Below are positions 1 to 14,007 of a stretch of DNA of 64,000 bases, in pieces. This stretch comes from Anthoceros angustus (lineage: Eukaryota; Plantae; Anthocerotophyta), in the NCBI GenBank assembly GCA_010909165.1, contig MU008165.1, positions 1,426,001-1,490,000 of the forward strand, given 5' to 3'. The position numbers were made by a program, and so were the translations under genes. Numbering within the stretch: position 1 is the first letter of the stretch; every line of letters starts with the position of its first letter. The notes under the pieces were generated by a model. The model saw only the letters and a list, made by a program, of their open reading frames with translations. It made no database searches and was not told the DNA's origin.

Positions 1-891
<891 letters not shown>

Positions 892-999
892 TCTAGCTGG
901 ACATTGATCTGACCTCGTGGGGTCGACTTGTCATGTGTGCGGACGTTTGAACTCTGGGTTTTTCTCTCTTTTAACCAGTTTTTCTTTAAATCTCTTTCC

Positions 1000-1145
1000 C
1001 AAGAATCTTCTCCGCTGAATGTTTTGTTCAATTCGGGTAATCCTTTGCGCCTAACGTCTCTCGCTTTTCAAGAATTTACTGCGCCAAACCCCTGGTTCAC
1101 TTTGAAAACCTGTTGCGCCTAACGCCTTTGCCACTCTCGCCCTTG
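1000..1145 (+). repeat. Degenerate ~34-nt repeats downstream of tubulin A
   Basis: Recurring tgcgcc(t/a)aac...gttca(c/a)tt units, homologous to the longer array at 13125-13740. Confidence 0.55.
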
Positions 1146-1614
1146 GCTTTCTTGGGAATGAGTTGCATGTATGGATTTGCTACTCTACCCCTGGGTTCAT
1201 TCAGGAAACCTATTGGACCTAATACTTTGCCACTCTCACTGCTTGCTGCAACTATTATTCTGTTGCTCTCATGTCATGTTGCATTCAATGGTGAGAGGAT
1301 GTTTTGTTACTCACCGTGAAAACCAAGCCCCAGCCAACCTCTGACGCCGATTGTAAGCGTAATGTAAGGGTATGTGCTCTCACTCAATTGCATCTTACGC
1401 TGTGCCAATTTAACCTCCTCTTAGGATAAGCATTAAATTATGTCCTCTCTACCAACTTAACCTACCCCTATGACTCATCATTCCTCTTTGCAAATTTTAA
1501 CTCCTTCATGAGCTGATGAGGCTAAGGTATATGCCCGAAGCCAACCTGGTTTTCATAATGGTCAGAATATTTTGGACAATATTTTACCCTGAGGATTGTT
1601 GTTGATGGCGCTCG

Positions 1615-1905
1615 ACATGGGAAGAAGCATGCAATTCCATATTTTCTTCAATCTCTCATTTCGAATAATGAGCGAATTGTAGAGAAAGTATTGTTTATCC
1701 ACATATTAAGGTTTTTCAGTGTCACTCATTCTGCGACAACTCATCCCTAGCCAAATATGCAAAATTAATCTTGTGGAATTATGGGTGCATGAGCTACAAG
1801 TAGCCCAGCATCCAATTCTACTGGCTAGGCCACAAATTTGTTGGGTGAAACACCTTCGTTGTCATGGATTGTTGGATCAGAACCCTTCTCAACTGAAAGC
1901 TCTGC
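1615..1905 (-). pseudogene. Degenerate duplicate of the last exon and 3' region of the ACBP gene
   Basis: Aligns by eye to 13775-14135, e.g. shared cccagcatccaat and ggtgaaacaccttcgttgtcatgga...ggatcag.acccttctcaac. Confidence 0.8.
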
Positions 1906-2075
1906 ACCGTTTTCAACTAATAGCTTTGTAAAACCTTCGCATTGATTTATGGGCCAGTTTGATTGGCCTTAGGAGTCTTTCCAAGCTCCTCCGGCTGTGC
2001 AAGGAGAGGCTGTAGAGCAGCACTCCTCTGAATGAGATCATTGCGTCAAACCTTTCCACTAAGGATACCACTACA

Positions 2076-5000
2076 TGTTGCATGTGGACCACGGACTCTC
2101 CCCAGGGGTAGGAAATAAGTTGGGTTTGCGTTTTTTTCGTAGGTATGGGGTGTAAAATAAGGCGGATAGGGAGAAATAAGCCCGGGCTACTCCGGACTGT
2201 ACTCCGGACTGCACTCCGGAGTAGGTGGAAGGACTTCGGAACGCACCTCGAAGGATCTCCGGACCACGCACCGGAGTATCGGGATAAGTCCGGACCCCAC
2301 TCCGGAGCAGGATGGGATAAGTACGCCAAGTAAAGTAACTTAGGAGTTGGAGCGTGTTTTAGACAGACAAGGCCACGTGGACGGTACTGAGAGGAGGATG
2401 GGCATTGCACTGTGACCGCAGGTTGCCAGTGGCCGCAGGCAGTGTTCACGCCCGAGTACACCGGCGGCGTAAGGTTAGAGTACGCGCGCGTAAGGCGAGT
2501 AAGCGGGCGTGGGCGGGAGTAGGCCATGCACTGGCGCCACGGGCAGCGAGGACACCCTCCGCTCGCGACTACTCCCGGCGTCGCGGCCTGGAGGGTAGAC
2601 CATTTCTCTTTGTGACCTCGACGATTTTCAGCCTCAAGGCCCGCCACCCGCCCTCTGGCGCTATCTCTTCGAGCACCCAGGCACCTTCGCGCGCGGCTCA
2701 CCTTCGTGGTTGGAGCAGCGAACGCGGCGAAGAGGTAAGGCGAGTAAGCGGGCGTAAGGCGATGGGACCCAAGAAGGCTGCGGAGGCGGAGCAAAGAGAA
2801 GGCGGCGATGGGACCCAAGAAGGCTGCGGAGGTGTGGGAGCCCTGGCGCCTGGTGGAGCGCAACATTGTCACCGGAGATATCCCGACTTCGGACCCTGGT
2901 TGGCGGAGGCAGAGGACCTGGTAGAGAAGTGGCACCTCGACATCTTCAGAGCGGTTTGGACGTTTGACAGCGTCACGCTCGTCAGGGAATACGCCAGGAA
3001 GATGCTGGCAGTTGCCAATAAGGAGGTACGCTCCAAGAGCCTAAGGGAGGACCCCAGGAGGTGGACCGTGGAGGTCCTGAGGGCGGTATACAACCGCCCG
3101 GTGGAGGAAATTGGGGGTGTAGTCCCAGAGCCCCTCAAGGTGAGAGGGAAGGTGGAAGCGGCGAAGGCGGCGATGCTGAGGCCAGGGACCTAGCGGTCGT
3201 CCAATGGCTGGCTGATGTCGGACCTGCTGGATAGGCGGGTGAGGGCAGTGGCTAAGGTCATTGTCCATTGGAACATGCTCACCAAGGTGGATCACCTTGG
3301 TGATAATCTGTTGGTGTTCTTGCACGCTCTACAGCGGGGCAAACGGGCCGATTGGGGGTGAATCATCCTCGCTCGGATCAGTCAGGAAGCCAGGAAGCTA
3401 CGGAGCGAGAAGCCGCCTCCGTCGGCGTTGTCCCCCTTCCTTATCCATGTGTGGGGCACCTCAACCTCCTGAAGGAGGGAGAGGCGGAGCGGGCTCGAGA
3501 CCTGGCTGAGGCGGCTAGGCGGGAACAACACCAAGCCGAGGAGGCTCAGGTGAAGGCGGCGTGCGAGGCGGAAGCCGTGGCTAAAACCGACCGTGATCAC
3601 TACCGGAGGGATCGGAACCGGTGGAGGGAGGCGGCGATGGGACCCAAGAAGGCGGCGATGGGACCCAAGAAGGCGGAGCAGGAGGCGGAGGCGGAGGCAG
3701 AGGACTTGGGCACTCGGAGTAGAGGAGAAGGAGGCCAGCAACAAGGAGATGGAGGATCTCCGGACTCAGTTGCGGGCGGTGGAGGAACAGCGGCAGGAGA
3801 TGGAAGGCCGCAAGGAAACCTTGGAGCTGCAGCTCCAAGAGACAATCGAGCGAAACGGGGCTCTACGGGGCGTGATCGCGGATCACGAGCGGGAGATAGA
3901 GCGTCTCCAGCTCTGCTGGCGGGCCGAAGAGGTAAGGCGATGGAACAAGGAGCAGAACGTCGCCGAGATGGAGAGGAACCTGGAGGAAGCGCGGAATCGG
4001 GAGGAGTTGCCGGACCGACTGGGAAGGGAGATGGCGGAGCTCCAGGCCAGAATGAACGGAGGAGCAAGAGCCCTGGACGTAGAGAAGAAGCTGCTGGTCC
4101 AGTTGCGGAAGGCGGAGGCAGCTGCGCCATGGCGAGGCGGAGGCGGAGCAGGAGGCGGAGGCGGAGGAGCAACGCATCGGGCGATTGCAGGAGGTAACAA
4201 AGGCCTCCCTTGTGGCGCAAGACTGCCCGGCTCCGGTGACAAACTGGCGGGGAGGCAGGAGAGGAGGAGGCGGCTGGCGGGAACAACACCAAGCCGGATA
4301 GCACGTTCAGCTCCCGGAGCACCTATGGCGAAGGAGTATCGGTGCTCGGGCGCATGTGGAAGAGGCAATCCAAATCGACTGGATTTCGCCTACTACCACG
4401 CGAGATCCTCAAGGCATTGAAGCTTCTCGGCCCACCCAGCTGGACGAACCTCAAAGGCTCCAAGGAGTGGAGGGAAGAAGGGCATGGGGACAAGACAGAG
4501 TCTTGGTGGCCTGTTTGGGGACGATGGCGGCGGAGAAGAGCCCAGGAGGAGGCGGGCCGCCAACACAACAGGAGGTAAGACAGCGCAACCCGGTCGGAGG
4601 ATAGGGACGAGGTCCCAAGGAGGTGAGGAGGAGGAAACCAAGCTGGATCCGAGCCAGGAAGGAGATGGCGGAGCTCCAGGCCGAATGAGCGGAGGAGCAA
4701 GAGCCACTGGGCGTAGAGAAGAAGCTGCTGGTCGATTGCGGAAGGCGGAGGAGCGCGCCATGGCGAGGCCGGGCGAGGCGGAGGCAGGAGAGGAGGATCG
4801 GCGGCGTGCGAGGTAACAAAGGCCTCCTTGTGGCGCAAGACTGCCCGGCTCCGGTGACAAACTGGCGGGGAGGCAGACCGTGGCCGGATAGCACGTTCGA
4901 CTCCCGAGCACCTATGGCGAAGGGAGTATCGGTGCTCGGGCGCATGTGGAAGAGGCAATCCAAAGAATCGACTGGATTTCGCCTACTACCACGCGAGATC

Positions 5001-7179
5001 CTCAAGGCATTGAAGCTTCTCGGCGTCCACCAGCTGGGCGAACCTCCAAAGGCTCCAAGGAGTGGAGGGAAGAAGGGCATGGGGACAAGACAGAGTCTTG
5101 GTGGCCTGTTTGGGGACGATGGCGGCGGAGAAGAGCCCAGGAGGAGGCGGACGCGCCAACACAACAGGAGGTAAGACAGCGCAACCCGGTCGGAGGATAG
5201 GGACGAGGTCCCAAGGAGGTGAGGAGGAGGAAACCAAGCTGGATCCGAGCCAGGAAGGAGATGGCGGAGCTCCAGGCCGAATGAGCGGAGGAGCAAGAGC
5301 CACGGGCGTAGAGAAGAAGCTGCTGGTCGATTGCGGAAGGCGGAGGAGCGCGCCATGGCGAGGCCGGACCCCGAGGTCGGGACTCGGAGGAGGCGAGCAA
5401 CGCATCGGCGGCGTGCGAGGTAACAAAGGCCTCCTTGTGGCGCAAGACTGCCCAGCCCCAGTACAAACTGGCGGGGAGGCAGACCGTGGCCGGATAGCAC
5501 GTTCGACTCCCGAGCACCTATGGCGAAGGGAGTATCGGTGCTCGGGCGCATGTGGAAGAGGCAATCCAGCAAATCGACTCGGATTTCGCCTACTACCACG
5601 CTGAGATCCTCAAGGCATTGGAAGCTTCTCAGCGTCCACTGCAACTGGACGAACCTCCGAAAGGCTCCGAAGGAGTGGAGGGGGAAGAAGGGCATGGGGA
5701 CAGCACGGGAGTCTTGGTGGCCCTGTTTGGGGACGATGGCAGCGGCGGAGAAGAGCCCCAGGAGGAGCAGGACGCGGCCAACACAACAGGCCTGGAGGTA
5801 AGACAGCCGCAACCAGTCAGGGAGGATAGGGACGAGGGTCCCGAAGGAGGTGAGGGAGGAGGAAACCAACTGGATCCGAGCCAGGGAAGGAGGCCGACTA
5901 GCGAGGATGGACCCCTAACAGTAGGTGGTCCGGGGGTTGGGGGTCCGGGACTTGAGGACCGGACCCTGGTAATAAGTTCGGACCTTGAGGTCCGAACCCC
6001 AGAGAGGAGAACGGACCCTGAGGTCCGGACTCTGGAAATAAGACCGACTCCTGAAGATAGGACCCCGGAGGCGAGGCCGGACCCCGAGGTCCGGACTCAG
6101 GAGGAGAGAGAGAGCCATTCCCAACATGCTCCGGAGGAGCAGTCAACCGGTGGCCCTACAAGCCGGGGACCCACTCGGAGGCCAGGAGAGGAGGATGTGG
6201 TGGTTACCGCGGTCGTCAGACCGCCGCCGGTAGCCCAACCTGACAGGGCCTCGGGTAGAGGAAGGGGTCCTGCCCCGCGGATCATCCGATTGGGTGCGCC
6301 GCAGCAGTCAGGCCAAGGATCGGCGCCGAGGCGAGACCAAGGGCAGCCCCAGGCCCACCGCCGACGACGGAGATAGGGGGAGAGGCGTGAGATGGTAGGC
6401 GACCGATTAGGAGTGTAATAAAGACGCCACCCTTGGGCGTAGTATAAGAGGGCAGGGACTGCTCTAGTAAAGCATCTTTCTCTTGGTGTTGATGCCGCGT
6501 TTTCTTGCAGGCCCTTGTGCGTCTTCTTGCTAGCGTGAGTCCTGAGTCATTGAGCAGGCCCGACAGCCCCGGAGAGATTGATCAAGGTCCTGGTGACGGA
6601 CCCTAACGTGTGGTGGTACGTGCAGGGAAGAGCGATCGAGGACCCTTGCTCGTCCGGCGGCGGAGGAGCAAGAGCCTGGGCGTGATCGCGGATCATCCGA
6701 TTGCGGAAGGCGGAGGAGGTCCGGACTTGAGGACCGGAGGCGAGGTAGAGCCGGACGGAGAGGCCTGGCAGAGCGGCGGAGGAGGTCCGGACCGCAGCCA
6801 CCCGCGTTTTCCCAAGGACGATGAGTGTAGTGAGAGTGGTGAGGAGGAGCGGACTAGAGAGGCAGTGACAAACTTAAACACACGGACAAGGTCGTTAAAC
6901 GCGTTTGGCCGAGCCTGTTCGGTGAACGTTACGGGTAGTTAGTCGTAAAACGATGAATGTGTGTGTTGAGTCCGAAACGGGCACTACGTGAGGTGAGAAA
7001 CGATTGGAACGTGGCAAACGGAGCCTATCATTCTCTTGGGAACGGGCCCCCTTACTACAACGACACGGGATTGTGCGCGCCCGGCTGGCCGTCAGCGAAA
7101 GTCGCGCCACATTGCACGACCAAGTTAAAGGCAGCGTTATATCTTTCTTTGAAGCCTCTCAGGAATTGAGGTACCCCCA
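2076..7179 (+). mobile_element. GC-rich retroelement-like insertion with a degenerate long ORF (helical domain, coiled coil, acidic/Pro-rich tail) and no gag/pol; possibly a giant solo LTR or non-autonomous element
   Basis: Sharp compositional contrast with the flanks. Starts TGTTG (2076) and ends GGTACCCCCAAC (~7179). TCCGGA-rich repeats at 2185-2310. Plus-strand ORF fragments between 2405 and 6376 join across frameshifts. TATAAG at ~6443 follows the ORF stop. No TSD confirmed. Confidence 0.5.
4028..5880 (+). repeat. Three imperfect tandem copies of a ~600-630 nt unit inside the element
   Basis: ggagatggcggagctccaggcc at ~4028, 4661 and 5258; gaggtaacaaaggcctcc at ~4191, 4809 and 5417; many small indels between copies. 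Confidence 0.9.
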
Positions 7180-8535
7180 ACTATCCTTCTTAGTATTTAC
7201 GCCTAAACATGAAAGCCACGTTGTTTGCTTTCAAATATAGAGTGACCAGGAGGAACTTTGATTCTCACCACTCATGAGCATCGACAAGATCTCTGCGAGA
7301 CTCTCTTAGTGCTTTGATGCTAAAATTATCCCCTATTAGGTATTGAACTCTACCAATTTCACAATTGTTACTCCAAGGTGCTTATTGGCCATTCCACCAA
7401 GGTTTATAGCACCACTCAAGGTAAGGTTGCTTGCCCTGTAGTCGCCAATTATGATAGCTTGTGGCCATATGATGCCCTTAGCCTCCTTCCCATGTAACTA
7501 GAGCATATCAATAAGCAATTCCATCATGTGCTCTTGGCGCATATTCCATCCGACCTCTAGGTTCCGTGGATTGAGGTTACTATAGTAACAGTGTCTCTTG
7601 GAAAAGGGGTTTGTCACCAAATCTTTTTTGGGTATCAGAATTCATCAATCCACATGTCGAATTTCGCTAAATACTCCACAATGAGAAACCAAGGTCCATG
7701 CATGTGTACACACATAAAAGTTCGAATGCACTGGTTCGACACACACAAATAGAAACGATCCTGGTATAAGTTTTAAGTTTAAAATTTTGTAGTAAAGTCG
7801 GAAAGCTACAGTCGTTGAGTACAGAGAAAAGGTGGGAATATCACGTCAACTAAACAAAGACAATGAAAAAAAAATGTAAACTTCATCCAAACAGCCAAAA
7901 ACAACATGCCCAAAGTTGCCTGGCCCCTTTCCCATCCGAGTTTCCTTCAACTTATATAATTCTCATCCGATTTTCCTCGATCAACTTGCATAAATGTTGC
8001 TAATACACAATTAAGTCGACTCCAACAAAGATTCATTCAATATATCTAACCCATAAAAGGCAGCCTGGCTTTCATGACTGTCGCGATGCCTTCGTATTCT
8101 AACACCATAGCCATTTCACAAGCTCAAGTACCTCCCTATTTGCATGCATCCAATTCAACCACCTCTTACATGTGTACAACAACCACATTTAAAATGTGAC
8201 GACTCCAAACCACAGAGATTTCTAGAGGGAGTCAAAGCTCGACAATATGCGCCTGTTAACTGTGTTTGACAACAGCCAATATCCATGCACAGCTAGCAAG
8301 TTGAATCCATGTTTCTCGATAAGCTCATGTGAGATGGCTCGACGTTATTGATAGAATTTGAAAAGGAGTTCTAGTGTATCCAATATTTATTGATTTATAA
8401 AGTCAAATTAACGCAAAAGATACTTACTCTTTTCCTCACGAATTTCCCATTGGATCCTCTTCCAGCACCCTCCCGGAAAAAAACATTTCACCTAGGCGTT
8501 GTGCAATGAAATCCTTTGCCTTTGGACGCATCAAC

Positions 8536-10700
8536 CGTAGGTGCCACGAGGCAGCTTTGAGATGGCTATAAGGGCTGCCCTTGCCACGCTTCGGATTACC
8601 TTCATTTCCGCAGGAGTTTTCTACAAGTGGGCAGGTGCGCAGCTTGCCAGCCTTATCCCTTTTATCCGCACCTTTTACGGGTCTCCTTCCAATCTCTACT
8701 ATGAGCATAGGCCCGCATTCGATGGCGTTTTGGTGTTCGCCTCAGTAACTGCCACTAGGCAAGGGGATCCGTTATGGGGCACCCTTTTTGCCATGGCTCA
8801 TTTTCAGGCTCTGTCCATAATTACCTCCTCGTTTTTAGATTTTTTGTATCCTTCGGTGGCGGACGATACCGATATCATGAGGCTTGGTGACCGGGTCAAG
8901 GGGGCCTTTGAACTCTTCTTTTCAGAGCTCTCCCTCCTCGGTCTCAAGGTGAAGTCTTTGAAGTGCAAAGTATGGTGCCCCTCCGGCGTGGTGCCCTCTC
9001 TCCAGTATCATGAGGGGGATATTGCTTCCGCACAAGGGCTTCGGGTTGTAGGGATCCCAATGGGGCCCCCAGCTTTCGTACAGTAATTTGTAGGTGCGGC
9101 TTTGTAGGAGGACCTGGCACATATTGGCGATCTCTCCCAATTGGGAGATCCACAGGTAGCCTTCGGTATTCTATCTTCTTGTTTTGCGTGCCGACCTGGC
9201 TACCTCCACTGCACTGTTCCGCCCTTCCCGGAATTCTTGTCCAGCCTAAGGGGTTTTTACAGGCAGGTTGTGGAGGCATTGGCCGACATCATTGGCCCAG
9301 GCATCTTCGAGTGCACTACTGGGGACTTGGCCCATGCGACAGGTGCCCCTCCCTGTCGCATTTGGGGGCACTGATCTTTTGGCTCCGTAGGCCTCTACGT
9401 CGGCGGCTTTCCTTGGGAGTTGGGCCCTCTCTGCTCCCATCCTCGTGTCTCGTTACGTCATCAAGGATTCTCGCATTTTGGAGTCCTTCATCGCGGGAGT
9501 GGACAAATGCGTTTTTTCCCTATAGGTGTCCCTCCGTTTGGCTAGAGGTTCCCTACCCACAGAGGCTGGGGCTGCCTTACCTTCTTTTGCTTCGCTCACT
9601 GAGGCCGAATTCTGCGGGCTTTAAGCATCCCTCCTGGAGAAGCAATATCGGTAGGCGCAGGTGGCCCTTCTTTGGGACTCGTCCATCCTCAAGGTGGCTC
9701 GTGCCCATCTCCGCTCTTGCTCAGGTAAGGGAGCAGGTTTATGGCTTCTTGCTTGGCCTTGCATCCAGGCTTTCCGAATCGCACCAGCCTCTTTTTCTAC
9801 CACGATGAGGTTTCGCCTGGGCCTAGTCCAGCCTCTGGCCTGGTCTCTCCAGGCTTGCAGCTGTGGGGCGCCCCTCGACGACTCGAGGACCCACCTTGCT
9901 CGTTGTCCTGTGGGTGGGCAGCGCATTGCTACACATGACACTGTTCGCGACGTCATGTTCTCGTTGGCTAAGGAGAGAGGCTTTTTTCCTTACAGGGAGC
10001 GCCCTTATACTCTGCCTAGCAGGGTTTCCCTCTGAGCGGACCTTTGTTTGGCCCTGGGGGACCAGGTTTTGGTTACATATGTGGTTGTCACTGACCCTAG
10101 TCGAGATTCCGTCAGTGAGCATGTGATTCTTAACCTTTCGAGGTGGGTGGCGAAGGGATGTGCCACGGCGAAGGTTCGTAAGAACTCTTCTATGAAGCAG
10201 GGGCACGCTTTCATCCCCCTCACCAACGAGACCCATGGGGCTATGGGCAAGGCCTTTGCTAGATTCCTTCAGACCTGTGCCAGGGAGTACCACGGCCGCA
10301 AGAATAGGGTTGACCTCCCTCTTTCATGTATCGTGGCTTTCTACAGGCAACATGTGTCCGTCGCTTTGCAACGGGAATTGGCCAACATGGCGTATAGGAT
10401 GACGGCAAGCGCAGGGCAGGCGGCTTCTTCCGCGCTGGTGGTAGGTAGGCCCTTTCTTATCCTCGATTTCGATATCCTTGGCGCGGTAGGCAGTTCCAAG
10501 ATTGGCGACAACAGGGGTTAGTTCCCCATGGTCTGGTGCCCTCCTGAGGGTTGTTCCCCTTTCTCTTGGGGTAAATGGGTTTTCTCATCTGTTTTTCATA
10601 ATAAAGTCTCCATGTTTCATTTTCTACAAGGGTGCTGAGAAGAAGATTAGCTACAATAGGCGACCTTCACGTGAACTAGTATCATAAAAAATATAAAAAA
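8536..10700 (+). mobile_element. 5'-truncated, degenerate CRE-type non-LTR retrotransposon (RT, CCHC zinc knuckle, restriction-like endonuclease)
   Basis: RT motifs TRQGDPLWGTLF, VADDTDI and LGLKVKSLKC, then GLRVVGIPMG. Knuckle region FRLGL...CSCGAPLDDSRTHLARC...HDTVRD. Endonuclease motifs RADL...VVVT, KVRK and FIPLTNETHGAMG. Contains stops and frameshifts; A-rich tail at ~10685. Confidence 0.85.
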
Positions 10701-11490
10701 TATAGATGAAAAAATTCAATTTGAATTTTGATTGGATCGGAAATTCTGGGTGAACAAATCGGCTTTCCCGTGCACCAAACGGGACAGACGAAACGGGTAG
10801 TCTCGCGCCTCCCGGGTCGGACAGCGAACCTATTTCGCATGCTAAACGGGATTTCCGTTTCATTACCGAACCCAATATGAGGCCCCGTATTGCTCTATTG
10901 CTGAGTTACGCGTAAAAAGGACGTTCCCAAAAGTTCCAAACAAAAGATTGGTAGTCCCGCGCCAAAAAAATCTTCAACGGCACAAGGCGCGCGGCCACCA
11001 TATTTCCCGCCCTTTGGGATGTTTATCTAACCCTGGTTAGGGGTCCAGTGAGGTCTGTCCTTTTTCTTCTCTCCGCCCTTCGAGCGGCTCCAGCGCGCTC
11101 TCGCCTCAGCGACGGACTGGCGGCTTCCTCTCCTTTCGTCTCCACAGTTGTTCCAGGTGGTGCTCGGCATTCTGATTCCCGTTTGTTCCTGAGCTGGTGT
11201 TCAGCTTGTACACACCTCTTGATCCGGCATTGCAGCCTGTGCCGGCCGTTTCGAAAGAGAGCAGCTATCCTGTGTGGTTTTTCTCCGCGCAGTTAGCAGC
11301 TGCTCTTTCCCGATCAGTTTTCAGTCTGCGTTGCTGCTCCCCAACCCGCTTATTTGTCGCTGAGTCAGTAGCAGATGCCGTGTCTGTTGCTTTTTTGTAG
11401 TCCTGAAAAGTGTTGTGCTCGATCTCAGTTGAAGGATGCCTGCTGTGAGCTGATGTTTTTGCTCTGCTGTCCTGAAGCAACTTCGCCAAG

Positions 11491-13011
<1,521 letters not shown>

Positions 13012-13124
13012 TCCTAGTCTTGTTGGACATTTATCTGACCTCGTGGGGTCGTCTTGTCATGTGTGCGGACGTTTAAATCCTGGGGTTTTGTGTCACCGGG
13101 AACTTGTTTTTCTTTAAATTTCTT

Positions 13125-13740
13125 TCCCAAGAACGTTAATGCGCCGAACGCCCGTTTCAATTCCTAGAAATTTTTGCCCCGAATGCCTTGCTAACCTCGA
13201 TATAGCCTGCGCCGAACCCAAAGGGTTCACGTTTTGCAATTCTTTCTCGAACGCTTTGTCCTCTTGAGTTGTCTATTACGCAAAAAGCTCTGTTATCTTT
13301 GAGCAATCTACCTATTGTTCTAAGGCCCCTGTTCTCACTTCTTTAGACCAATCTCGTCCAACGCGCCCTTTTTTCACTTCGACAGCGCCGGACGTTGCCG
13401 TAGGTCATCCATCTCGCCGGACGCTTCAGTAGGTCATCTATTGCGCTGAAAGCTTTGTTCACTTGGAGATCTCTGATGTTCGCAGTCTGTAGGTCATCTG
13501 TTGCGCCGAACGCTTTGTTCACTTAGAGACATCTGATGCGCCGGACCCCTTGTTCACTATGGAAATCTGTTGCACCGGACGCTTTGTCACTCTGAAAGAT
13601 CTACTGCCTTGAACAATTTGTTCACTTCGAGAAATCTATTGCGTCTTACAGTTCACTAGTTTTTTCTTACGTGGAACGACGTTCTGTAACCGAACGTTTT
13701 GTGTAGTCTACTTCGAGAAATCTATTGCTTCTCACAATTC
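13125..13740 (+). repeat. Degenerate ~33-35 nt minisatellite 3' of tubulin B (consensus approx. tgcgccgaacgctttgttcacttcgagaaatctat)
   Basis: Clear units at ~13442, 13502, 13537, 13571 and 13605, with weaker units on either side. Confidence 0.8.
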
Positions 13741-14007
13741 TTTGAAGTTGGACACGTCCTTTACAAATCAAGTTGAATGGAAAGAAGGATGCTCTGCCGT
13801 GGTCAAATTTGTTGCTATACGAGTATACATGTTTTTATTGCAACTTTGAATCTCTTCTAACTCTGACTTCGAATCATCAGCGAATTCTAGAGAGTGTGTT
13901 GTTTGACCGTCACAATCCTGTACACTATCCACATGTTAAGGCTTATTCACAGTGCCATTCATCCTGTCCCGAACCTGGCCAGTTAAGCGAAAATTAATCT
14001 TGCGGAT

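Noticed and set aside
4451-5869. 472-aa minus-strand ORF in the triplicated region
   Set aside because: Antisense shadow of GC-rich repeats, with frames shifting between copies and no domain signal.
7200-8500. Possible LINE endonuclease relic
   Set aside because: Only a vague IxxxETR-like match at ~7930-7990; insufficient evidence.
13125-13740. CRISPR-like array of palindromic repeats
   Set aside because: Repeats are degenerate and adjacent, without constant repeats alternating with unique spacers.
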